A stretch of 63,766 bases of DNA, filler included, from Octopus bimaculoides (Eukaryota): NCBI RefSeq assembly GCF_001194135.2. It is 5 parts of 5 records of this genome, joined end to end, with 100 filler letters (N's around TTAATTAATTAA, not from the genome) between each part and the next. Parts side by side here need not be neighbours in the genome. Positions count along the whole stretch, not along the records: positions 27,526 to 48,050 come from NC_068982.1; positions 48,151 to 61,316 come from NC_069008.1; 3 more parts are not named here. One strand, 5' to 3'. The number at the start of each line of letters is the position of its first letter. Positions within the stretch are counted from its first letter, which is position 1. The notes under the pieces are model-generated. The model was not told the DNA's origin and searched no databases. It worked only from the letters and a program-made list of their open reading frames with translations. The position numbers and the translations under genes were made by a program. Shown one piece after another: positions 39,410-49,900 of the stretch.

Positions 39410-39856
39410 CGTCATATGCCCATCCTTCCTTAATACCGGTTCCCATATGCTATTCATATCTGCACTCGGGCTGCTTAGGAGATTGTTCTGTCCTAGCATA
39501 TGTGCTGCTTCTTCTAGTTTTCGTATTTCGTATTTTCCAGTGCTGTTCTCTGTCTATTAATTTAACTTCATCCCACAGGGGGAAGTGGTCTCCATTTTTC
39601 CATACATGATCAGCTATATCCGATTTATCAATATCTCCCGTGTCACAGCTTTGCGATGTTCCTCTACCCTTATTTTGAGGGGGCGATATGTTTCGCCTTT
39701 GTATCACCTACCACAGCTGCATGGGATGGAGTACACGCAGTTCTTAGTCATATTCTCTTCTATTGGTGGTTTTACCGGAAAGAGATATTTGCGAAGTGTT
39801 GTATTACTCTTGAATACTGTCCTGATGTCATATGGGCCAAATTCTCAAAGTATTCC
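39410..39856 (-). pseudogene. PLE GIY-YIG endonuclease domain, disrupted
   Basis: IRTVFKSNTTLRKYLFPVKPP...NCVYSIPCSCGR*YKGETYRPLKIRVEEHRK...KSDIADHVWK...WDEVKLIDREQHWKIR...EAAHM, with stops and frameshifts. Confidence 0.9.
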
Positions 39857-40042
39857 ATGAGAGACCACCTTCCTCTGTGGAATGAAGTTAAAATAATAGA
39901 CAGAGAACACCACTGGAAAATACAAAGACTAAAAGAAGCAGCAGATATGCTAGGACACAACCTCCTAAGCAGACCGAGTGCAGATATGAGCAGCCTATGG
40001 GAACCAGTATTAAGGAAGGATAGGAAAATATTAGATTTATAA
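39857..40042 (+). pseudogene. PLE GIY-YIG C-terminal fragment
   Basis: DHLPLWNEVKIIDREHHWKIQRLKEAADMLGHNLLSRPS aligns to the left arm. Confidence 0.85.
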
Positions 40043-40062
40043 GCCCTAAAATTCACTCCATA

Positions 40063-40130
40063 TGGCGTAGTGGTTAAGAGTGCGGGCTACTAAACCCAAG
40101 ATTCCGAGTTCGATTCCAGGCAGTGACCTG
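40063..40130 (+). promoter_or_regulatory. tRNA-like Pol III module (A and B boxes) inside the PLE terminal repeat
   Basis: TGGCGTAGTGGTTAAGAG (A box) and GAGTTCGATTCC (B box). A mirrored copy lies at about 39355-39416 on the minus strand. Confidence 0.7.
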
Positions 40131-40205
40131 AATAACAATAATAATAATAATAACAACATCGCAAAATACCTTAGGAATGAGAACCAAGGTTCGAAATTTC
40201 CCCAA

Positions 40206-40235
40206 GACACCTGATCAAAGCCGAAACGTTGTGTT
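40206..40235 (+). ncRNA. Degenerate minimal hammerhead in the right PLE arm
   Basis: GACAC-CTGATCA (G8 changed to C), stem II collapsed by deletion, GAAAC-GTT-GTGTT. Stem I is intact. Confidence 0.5.
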
Positions 40236-40389
40236 AACAACAAACAAGATGAGGACAAATATCCGTCAAATGTAAATAATGTACATAATTCCTCATCTCT
40301 TAAATATAGAACTGTAGCATCAAGTTATGTTTGTATGTATACATAATGTCTCTCTCTTCCTCTCTCTCTTCTTTCTCCTCTCTTTTCTT

Positions 40390-40431
<42 letters not shown>

Positions 40432-40524
40432 GCATGTGTATATTTTATCGCGTGCCTACGTGTGTGTGTATGTGTTGACCTCCAACGCCAAAAATACACT
40501 GTCACCAAAACAAATAGAATGTCC

Positions 40525-40665
40525 CGTCACCCGTAAAAAACCATCTCATTCTGATGATGAAAGCACTTATCTGAGACGTCACTGAGAGAAATCGAACCTA
40601 AGACTTCATGACGGGGAAGCGGACTTCTTACCTACTCAGCCAAGGCTGCCTCGGCTGTATCCTCT
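40525..40665 (-). mobile_element. Old tRNA-derived SINE head (C-like)
   Basis: Minus strand TGGCTGAGTAGGTAAGAAG...AGGTTCGATTTC. Confidence 0.5.
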
Positions 40666-40934
40666 TATACACTTATTATCTGTTAAACAAAAGGCAAATG
40701 GACTTTTAAATGGGGATGTCACTTACAGTTCTTTAAGATTCAATCAAATTCAGCATTTCATGGTAAGATCCACTTGACATTAACATCTATTTTCTTTCCT
40801 TTTTCATATTGCAAGAAGCTGAAGCCATCACTACGACACCTAGTGCTACTTTATAAAAGTAAAGCAGACAGTAGAGACATCATAGATAAGCAAATGCCTA
40901 CAATACTACCATATATATATATATAAGTGTATAT

Positions 40935-40974
<40 letters not shown>

Positions 40975-41083
40975 TCTTCTCCAATGCCAATTGACTATGC
41001 AGACTACATCTAGGATGGGACATTATTCTTGGAATACCTACTTCATTAGTAAAGCCTTCTTTTCTCTAATCAACATGTTACTA

Positions 41084-41084
<1 letters not shown>

Positions 41085-41144
<60 letters not shown>

Positions 41145-41241
41145 CAACAACAACAACAACGAGGAGGAGGAGGGGGAGGAGGAGAAGGAGGAGGAGAAGA
41201 AGAAGAAGAAGAAGAAGAAGAAGAAGAAGAAGAAGAAGAAG

Positions 41242-41276
<35 letters not shown>

Positions 41277-41277
41277 G
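41085..41277. repeat. Compound trinucleotide array (AAT), (AAC), (GAG), (AAG), (AAC)
   Basis: Direct reading. Confidence 0.95.
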
Positions 41278-41421
41278 AGTTTGTTGAAGGGTGCATTTGC
41301 CGAATCACTAAGTTATATATATGTCTGTGTGTGTGTAGTTGGAATTTACAAAAAAAAGTCGAAGACAGGTGTGTAAACAACAAAAAGGTGTATTAGTTTA
41401 ACGGTCGGGAAGGTGAGAAAG

Positions 41422-41459
41422 TCTTTTATGTTTCTAGCCTACGCTCTTCAACAGAAAGA
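41422..41459 (-). ncRNA. Hammerhead-like motif with a variant core (CUGUUGA)
   Basis: TCTTT-CTGTTGA-A-GAGC-GTAG-GCTA-GAAAC-ATA-AAAGA. Stem I is 5 bp; there are mismatches in stems II and III. Confidence 0.4.
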
Positions 41460-42553
41460 AACACGAGAAAACAAACAGAGACACATCGTCACTAAAAGTG
41501 ACTAAGGGTGCAAGTCAGCACCAGCATTGCTAGAAATAAGAGTCAAGACAACTCTTAGCCACGAACAGAGCGTTTTCTGTTCAACAAAGCACTTTCTAAT
41601 TACTGACAAGCGAGAGCATCAGATCGGCCGGCCGATTTCGGATAGAATTAATCTTCATCGATGACGCTACTCCATTGCCGATGGGTAAGCTAAGTCGACT
41701 TGTCTATTTTAGAGAATATACCATGGGAATCAGTGGCTGATTCAGTAAAATGGCAAAGTGAAAATTACAAAAGTATTAAAGTGGTATAAACCTTTTGGTT
41801 TTAAATTGCGTCTAGCCATTTTAATAATCTATATATATATATATAATGATGTAATATGAACTAAATAGACGACATAACTGTCAACAATATCTTGAGAAAA
41901 ATCCTACGATCGGATGACCGATTTTAACCTGCTACAATCTCTTAAGATTCTCTTACATACATTTTAAGAGTCTTCTAGTACATACGGCGTAAGGAATGGA
42001 ATATGATGACATTGTCTATACGACTGGGTTACAGTGCCAGGTATCCTAGACATCTTTCAGCCGTAGTTGACGAGCAAAAATATAAGAACAACTATATGGA
42101 ACGTTTACATGTGTATTCGTAATCCTAGCTGTCATGTAAATATGAATTAGACACTTATAATATATGGAGCTGTATTCAGCACTTCTATGTTATTGGTGCG
42201 ATAAAACTTAGACAAAAAAGTCTATATGAGTGTATGGCACGTGTGTGTGTGTGTGTGTGTGTGAATACAAGTGTGTATGTGTGTGTGAAAGGTATGTGCG
42301 ATAGGTTAAACAGGAGTTAGCTAGCAATAGAAACTTGTTTCTAAGACTGCATACGAATGTCTCAAGTGTTATGGATGAGAAATACATTGTGTTCGTCATA
42401 TCATTGACAGAAAGAAAGAAGATATAATGACAAAGGAAGATTATGTAATAAAAATAAATGATACATCTTAGTAAGGATAGAGGAAAACAAAATATTTGAT
42501 GAGGGTTAACAAAGTTTGCAAATTTCTTGTTATTATCGTTATCGTTATCATTA

Positions 42554-42929
42554 CTGTGGAGGCGCAATGGCCCAGTGGTTAGCGCAGCGGACTCGCGGTT
42601 TCGATTCCCAGACCGGGCGTTGTGAGTGTTTATTGAGCGAAAACACCTAAAAGCTCCACGAGGCTCCGGCAGGGGATGGTGGTGTACCCTGCTGTACTCT
42701 TCCACCACAACTTTCTCTCACTCTTACTTCCTGTTTTTGTTGTGCCTGGAATTCAAAGGGTCAGCTTTGTCACACTGTGTCACGCTGAATATCCCCGAGA
42801 ACTACGTTAAGGGTACCCGTGTCTGTGGAGTGCTCAGCCACTTGCACGTTAATTTCACGAGCAGGCTGTTCCGTTGATCGGATCAACTGGAACCCTCGAC
42901 GTCGTAAGCGACGGAGTGCCAACAACAAC
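42554..42929 (+). mobile_element. Full-length tRNA-derived SINE with a 13-bp target-site duplication
   Basis: A box TGGCCCAGTGGTTAG, B-box-like GGTTTCGATTCC, (CAA)n tail. ATCGTTATCATTA at 42541-42553 and 42930-42942. Confidence 0.9.
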
Positions 42930-42943
42930 ATCGTTATCATTAT

Positions 42944-43130
42944 TAAGGCGACGATCTGGCAGAATCCTTAAGCAGGCCAGGATTAGTGCTTTCCAGTATT
43001 TCGTCCGTCTGCATGTTCTGAGTTCAACTTCCGCTTAGGTTGACTTTGCCTTTCATCCTTTCAGGGTCGATAAATTAAGTACCAGTGAAATCCTGGGGTC
43101 GATGTAATTGACTTTCCTCTTCCCCAAAAT
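42944..43130 (+). mobile_element. SINE family A
   Basis: TGGCAGAATC...CTGAGTTCAACTTCCGC...GACTTTGCCTTTCATCC...AAGTACCAG. Confidence 0.8.
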
Positions 43131-43549
43131 TACACATTCAAATTCTGAATTCCAACGTCATACACAACGTTTATAAGAAAAGACCGGTAAATCGAGCCAC
43201 GGAGATACACTGGATATGAGTGAAAAAAATTAAATAATGAAAGATGAATGTAAAAATACATTACGAAGGATATATCATAAATAATTCATAATTATTTACG
43301 AATATATCCATGGCCAAACATGTAATCATAAATTTCATAAAAGAAGTGTGTATAATTATGAATAAATCACAATTATTTTGTGATACCCTTAAAACCAAGA
43401 ACTTTTCGTCAACGCTTCCTATATGTTTTTTTTTCGTATTTTTTTATTTATTTTTTGTGTTGGTTCTCCTCCTGCCCTTCAAGTTAAGGTAATATTGTTC
43501 CCTTTTATGGGATTGTTTCTAAACGTGCGTAGCCAAGTTGTTAGAATTT

Positions 43550-43680
43550 AGGGTTATAATCATAAACTCATGGGTTCAATTCCTGAATAGGTTTGCTGCG
43601 AGTTGTGTCCTTAAGTAAATCACTTCACTTCACATTGCTCCAGTCTACTCGGTTGTAAATAAGTACCAACCGGATGCTGG
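43550..43680 (+). mobile_element. SINE family D fragment
   Basis: GGGTTCAATTCC...TTGTGTCCTTAAGTAAATCACTTCACTTCACATTGCTCCAG. Confidence 0.6.
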
Positions 43681-43683
43681 TGC

Positions 43684-43730
<47 letters not shown>

Positions 43731-44041
43731 TCTCTCTCTATCTTTCCCCCTCTCTCTAGTTGTCACATCTTGGATGTCCAGCTGGGCTCAAGGTTGAAAA
43801 AGCCGAGAGTGCGTCGACGTGTGCTCATGACTACACAATCATCTAAAACAGTTAGCGAAAGCACGGTACACATTACCAGGCCATACACATTCGCCAGTGA
43901 CTGCTGGCTGCGTTTTACGAAATGGTTCTTTACAACAGCGGTCCCCAACCATCTTGCACCAAGAACTGGTTCCATACAAGACTATTTTTCCACAGATCGG
44001 GAGATCACGCGCATAACAAACGCAGTAAAGCGTATAATATA

Positions 44042-44251
44042 CAGGGTGTCCACAAAGTCTGGGTACATGGAGTAAATAAAATCATAACATAAACAATTAA
44101 ATATAAGACTTCTTTTTCTGGGGTATGTTGAAAGAGAAAGTTTACTCAATAAAGATTACAAATTTATTTATTAACATTACAATTGAATAAAATTCTTTTA
44201 TTTTAAAAGTATGTGCTAATCCCCGTGTACCCAGACTTTGTGGACACCCTT
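44042..44251. mobile_element. Tc1/mariner MITE with TA TSD, nested in the hAT element
   Basis: TIRs CAGGGTGTCCACAAAGTCTGGGTACA and TGTACCCAGACTTTGTGGACACCCT. Confidence 0.85.
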
Positions 44252-44266
44252 TATAATTCAATTACA

Positions 44267-44480
44267 AAGCGGTAAGTCGGTAGAAGCGTTAGTGCAGCGT
44301 ACAAAATGTTTTACGACATTTCGTCCGTCTTTATGTTTTGAGTTCAAATTCCGCCGAGGTTGGCTTTGTTTTTCGTCCCTTTCGGGATCGATGAAATAAG
44401 TACTAGTCGACTACTGGGGTCGATATAATCGACTTATGCCCGCATCCGAAATTGCTGTCCTCGTGCCAAAATTTGAAATC
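44267..44480 (+). mobile_element. SINE family A nested in the hAT element
   Basis: GAGTTCAAATTCCGCCGAGG...TGGGGTCGAT...CCAAAATTTGAA. Confidence 0.8.
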
Positions 44481-46184
44481 AATATATAATTTAACTGTTA
44501 CATATATATTACACATGTAATGCAAAAACACCTTGCAGACTGCGATAGTGAATAAAATAAAAATAAAATTTATAAAATTTATTCTTTCTGTGCAACCCAG
44601 TACCAAATGATCCATGACCCGATACTGGCTGACGACCCAGTGGTTTGGGCCCCTGCTTTACATGATTAAATGCTGTTAGATCTGCTTCCTACTAACTTTT
44701 AAGAATGTAACAATATGGATATGTGCTATCTAATGTATTATTTATATGTGATACATGTGTGAACGTATATGCGTGTGCTATGGACATAATGTCTCAACTG
44801 GTTTCACATCGTCAGATGATCCTTGAGTGACCTTTAACAGAGTCCAGTTTAAAACAAAAATATATTAGAATTTTCCTGCGTAAAAGTGGTCCATATTTGT
44901 CTTGCGTTTTTAGTCCGTTTTTCCTCTGTTTTTCATGTTCATATTTTCATTTATGGAATGGGGCAGTGAAAAGTGCATAAGTACCCAACTCAGTAAAGAA
45001 CATAGAAGTTGGAGGGAATATAAATTTCGTATACTGAAATTACACCTTACAACAAAATACTCACAGGAAGTTGAAATAAACACCGGAAATACTTTTCCCA
45101 GCGCAAACACAGCGAGATATATTCAGAGGTTTTGTAAGCTTTTCTTCTAAATCCATCTTGATGTTGTAAACTCTTAAAACCTTCCGTATTGTCAGTAGGG
45201 TTTGAGCCCTTAGCCTATACGCTAAGCTTGAGCGCGACAAGGAGGAACGCTATTTTGTGCTAAAAAGTACGTACAAACACGAAATACACGCACAAACATG
45301 CACGCGCACGCGCACGAAAAACATACACGCAAACACATTCATATATACACATACATATATATGTACACAAATACTCACACGTATATATACATGCATACAC
45401 GTACGTATATTCATGTGCGTGAAAGAGAGAGAGTGAGTGTGAAAGAGAGAGTGAGAGAGTGTGGGAGGGGGGCGCGTGTGTGTGTGTGTGTGTTTGTCTG
45501 TCTGTGTGTGTATGTGGCTCTGTGTGTGTGTGTATTTATGCATATATACATACATACATACATACATACATACATACATGTGTTGCGCATCATTTGTATG
45601 TACGTATATTCCTGTATATGAATGTATGTATGTATGTATGTATGTATGTTGGGTTGGATGGATGTTTGTGCCTGCGTATGTGCTTGCGAGCGTACATATT
45701 CGGGTTTGTGTGTGTATTTTTGTGTGTTTGTGTGTATGTGTTTGTGCGTTTGTGTGTAAGTCTAAGCGTTTGTTTAGCCTGTTTTATTTTCATATTACAA
45801 ATAAATGTAACGAAAGAACTGGAACTCAACATAAAACATAACTCATAAAAATTACTTTCAAAAACATACTTTCCCAATGGTTTTTATAACTTTGGTTTTA
45901 TAGGAATGTAAAACAACTTGAATAGAAATTATAGGGCTTTAAAATTTCAATAAAACAAACAACACATTTTCAACGCGCGATAAATCATTAAAAATGTTCA
46001 AGTCTCTGGAAGATTTCAATGCACGATGCAAGGGAGAGAACTTTTCATGCTTTCTCGTTTGTAATGATTTTCATCTGCGGAAATATTTCTTTGAAAATGA
46101 AACCAAAAATTGTGAATACAAAATTGTTTTCTTTGCAATAGCACACCTAAATTATGTGATTTAATACGACTATTGCACGTGTAC

Positions 46185-46243
<59 letters not shown>

Positions 46244-46304
46244 AGGCCGGCTTTCGATGGGGATTTTTTTTTATTTCTGTATGTATGTACATAATGTATG
46301 TATC

Positions 46305-46445
46305 GGAGTGGCTGTGAGGTAAGAAGCTTGCTTCTAGGTTCAGTCCCACTGCGTGACACCTTGAGCAAGTGTCTGTTATTATACCCTCGGGCCGACCAAA
46401 GCTTTGTGAGTGGATGTGGTTGACAGAAACTGAAAGAAGCCCCTT
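46305..46445 (+). mobile_element. SINE family C
   Basis: GGAGTGGCTGTGAGGTAAG...GGTTCAGTCCCACTGCG...CTCGGGCCGACCAAAGC...GAAACTGAAAGAAGCCC. Confidence 0.85.
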
Positions 46446-46446
46446 G

Positions 46447-46510
<64 letters not shown>

Positions 46511-46584
46511 TGTGTATGTATGCATGTCTGAATGCATATACACACACGTGGCATACACATATGCATGTATGTATGTATCCTTTT

Positions 46585-46957
46585 ATTTGTTTCAGTCATT
46601 TGACTGCGGCCATGCTGGAGCACCACCTTCAGTTGAACAAATCGACCTCAGGACTTATTCTTTGTGAGCTTAGTACTTATTCTATCGGTTACTTTTGCTG
46701 AACCGCTAAGTTACGAGGACGTAAACACACCAACGTCGGTTGTCAAGCGATGATAGGCGGGTAAACACAAACACACACACATACATATATATACGACGGG
46801 CTTCTTTCAGTTTACGTCTAACAAATACACTCACAAGGATTTGGTCGGCCCGAGGCTATAGTAGAAGACACTTGCCCAAGGTGCCACGCAGTGGGAATGA
46901 ACCTGAAACCATGTGGTTGGTAAGCAAGCTACCTACCACACAGCCAAGCCTGCGCCT
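46585..46957 (-). mobile_element. Full composite SINE (C head, microsatellite, B tail)
   Basis: C module 46794-46957, TG/TA spacer, B module 46585-46760. The same architecture occurs at 56985-57510. Confidence 0.85.
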
Positions 46958-47019
46958 ATGTATGTATATGTATTTTATATACATGTGTGTGTGTATATGT
47001 GTGAGTGCATGAATATATG

Positions 47020-47061
<42 letters not shown>

Positions 47062-47544
47062 TATATTTATATAATGTATGTGTGCGTGTGAATGTATATT
47101 ACAGACAGGCAGACATTTAGACAGACACGGGGACACACAGGCAGACAGAATGATTGATTGATTGAATGTGTGAGTGAGCGAGTGAGTGAGTGAGTGAGTG
47201 AGTGATCAAAGACATCGAGTGAGGGCGCTCGCTTACGCAAAAGTACACATACACGCAGGGGAAATAACTACAGATTTTCTTCATGTATAATCACATATAA
47301 GCCACAAAGGTTCATAGATTCATATTTTAGACGCATTTTACTGAAATCGTTTGCTTCCGAATCTCTTTATTAATATAACAATAGAACAGAGTTTTCATTC
47401 CATACAATTCCTCTTTCTTCGTCATTGTGTTTGACAAGCTTAACAATTCTTTATACCATCAGAATATTAAGATCAAATGCAACGTTCTTAGTGACCAGGT
47501 AGCATGTTTCGAGCGACGAAAATTTACGACAGCATATATATTAG

Positions 47545-47755
47545 TTTCAATCTTTTGGCACAAGGCCGGCAAGTTCGAAGGGCGTGGAGTAAGTCGATTA
47601 CATCGACCCCAGGACTCAACTGGTACTTATTTTATCGATACCGAAGAGATGAAAAGTACAGTCGACCTCGGCGGAATTTGAACTCGGGATATAAAGACGG
47701 ACGAAATGCAGCTGAGCATTTTACCCGGCGCAGTAATGATTCTGCTAACTCAATG
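47545..47755 (-). mobile_element. SINE family A
   Basis: GTCGACCTCGGCGGAATTTGAACTC...CATCGACCCCAG. Confidence 0.85.
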
Positions 47756-47784
47756 CTTTGTATGGTATTATTTATAATAGAAAG

Positions 47785-48050
47785 TGGCGAGCTGGCAGAA
47801 ACGTTAGCACGCCGGGCGAAATGCTTAGCGGTATTTCGTCTGCCGTTACGTTCTGAGTTCAAATTCCGCCGAGGTCGACTTTGCCTTTCATCCTTTCGGG
47901 GTCGATAAATTAAGTACCAGTTACGCACTGGGGTCGATGTAATCGACTTAATCCGTTCGTCTGTTCTTGTTTGTTCCCTCTATGTTTAGCCCCTTGTGGG
48001 CAATAACGAAATAGGTATTTCGTCTGCCGTTACGTTCTGAGTTCAAATTC
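47785..48050 (+). mobile_element. Young SINE family A, followed by a partial internal duplication running into the gap
   Basis: Complete head, core and tail. GGTATTTCGTCTGCCGTTACGTTCTGAGTTCAAATTC is repeated at about 48014-48050. Confidence 0.9.
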
Positions 48051-48599
48051 NNNNNNNNNNNNNNNNNNNNNNNNNNNNNNNNNNNNNNNNNNNNTTAATT
48101 AATTAANNNNNNNNNNNNNNNNNNNNNNNNNNNNNNNNNNNNNNNNNNNNCCAAAAAATATAACCATAGGGCTTTTGTCCGAGGCCCTTTTTTCCTAGGG
48201 GGCTTTTGTCCGGATCCCAGAAGACGTGTGTACGTCTATCTGCTTGTGGACATATATCTGTGTATCTATGACATATGTATAACAAGGTAGAATGAGGAGA
48301 ACATTTTAGGCTTCTATTCTAGGACTCAACCAAGTAGAAATACACACACCAGTTTATAATTTATATATCTGTACTTGTTTCACTCATTGGACTGCGGTCA
48401 TCCGGGGACGCTACATTGAAGGGCTTTATAAATGTAATTTAACTGCTATTTTTAGCGTACTTTATGTATGTTTGTCTCACCGTCTTCATTTCAGGCCTTT
48501 ATTTAATTACGTTTATGAAATGCCAATTAAAAAGTTGTATACAAAACAAGTATTGAAATTTAAGATGCAATCCTGACCTTGTAGAAATAGTAGCTTAAT

Positions 48600-48900
48600 C
48601 ATCATCATCATCATCGTTTAGCGTCCGCTTTCCATGCTAGCATGGGTTGGACGATTTGACTGAGGACTGGTGAAACCGGATGGCAACACCAGGCTCCAAT
48701 CTAATTTGGCAGAGTTTCNNNNNNNNNNACTGGTGAAACCGGATGGCAACACCAGGCTCCAATCTAATTTGGCAGAGTTTCTACAGCTGGATGCCCTTCC
48801 TAACGCCAACCACTCAGAGAGTGTAGTGGGTGCTTTTACGTGTCACCCGCATGAAAACGGCCACGCTCGAAATGGTGTCTTTTATGTGCCACCCGCACAT
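48600..48900 (-). mobile_element. Retroposon 3' end with a (GAT)n tail (family E, RTE-like tail)
   Basis: (CAT)n-CGTTTAGCGTCCGCTTTCCATGC...CAGCTGGATGCCCTTCCTAACGCCAACCAC, homologous to 57890-58100. Confidence 0.65.
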
Positions 48901-49489
48901 AATCTGCCTCATATTACTATAATCTGTCTGTCTGTCTGTCTGTCATTTTCCATTTCTTTCTCCTCATGAACACATTTAATGGTACATTGCTGGGATTTAA
49001 GCTCAAATTTTGAACTGTCCATAATTCAAAATGTGATTTCAAAAAAAAGAATTTAAAATCTTCTTCTTGAGCTTTTATAACCAAATCTTTTTAAATCTGG
49101 AAGAATTAAGAAACACATTTTTCATAGTCGTATGAATTCTTGTGGGAAGGAGGCAAATTAGGGAAAATCTTGGGAATAATCGAAAGAAACAAAAAGTTAT
49201 ATGGGGTGCTTAAAGCAGAATTTCGTCAGAGAGAAAATATGTATGAATGTTTAATGGACAATAGACCTGCTGTAAGAAATAGCAGCCAAATCTGAATCGC
49301 AGGTCTCTCTCTCTTTCTCTATTTATCTATCTAGCTAGCTCTCTGTCTGTCTGTCTGCCTATTCTAGTTTTTCTTCTCAGCATTTTGGATGAGAAACCTT
49401 CCTTGGAATCTTCATCTGCATTGACATTCGGTCGCAGGGCACCTACGGAGACTACTGCTTTCTACCATACACACATGTAATTATCCTTT

Positions 49490-49680
49490 GTCCATTGGCA
49501 CAAGGCCCGAAAATATAACAGAGGTAGATAATCGATCACTTGATTGCTACTTAATTTATCCACCCTGCAACGATGGAAGGCAAAATCAACTTGGGCAGAA
49601 ATCGAACTCACTATCTCAACACCGACAACATTCTATTAAGCACTTTCTCTGGCGTGAGAATGGTTCTGCCACCTTCACTG
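49490..49680 (-). mobile_element. Diverged SINE family A
   Basis: GGCACAAGGCC...GGAAGGCAAAATCAAC...GGTTCTGCC. Confidence 0.55.
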
Positions 49681-49900
49681 GCTTATGCACATATATACGC
49701 ATGCTATAACAGATCTATTTGTCTGTCTGACTGTCTGACTGTCTGTCTGTCAGTCAGTCAATCCATCCATCCAATTACACATCCACGCACAAACTCACTC
49801 TGCTGGCATCCAGTTGCATTCCCCCCGCCCAATATGGAATACTGCATAGCAATTCTTGAAACATCAAAGACTTTTTCCATTCTTCCCAAGGGTTAAACTA

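Larger units (their letters stand above)
39148..40324. mobile_element. Penelope-like retroelement: two 5'-truncated arms joined head-to-head, 3' ends pointing outward
   Basis: The left arm (minus strand, 39856 down to 39148) and the right arm (plus strand, 39857-40324) share the GIY-YIG C-terminus, tRNA-like module, (AAT)n and hammerhead. Confidence 0.85.
43936..44655. mobile_element. hAT (Charlie-like) MITE with nested insertions
   Basis: Termini CAGCGGTCCCCAACC and GGTTTGGGCCCCTG. 8-bp TSD CTTTACAA / CTTTACAT. Confidence 0.75.

Noticed and set aside
41623-41636. 14-bp palindrome ATCGGCCGGCCGAT
   Set aside because: Short and isolated, plausible by chance.
48670-48778. ~50-bp direct duplication either side of an 11-N gap
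   Set aside because: Typical unmerged contig overlap.
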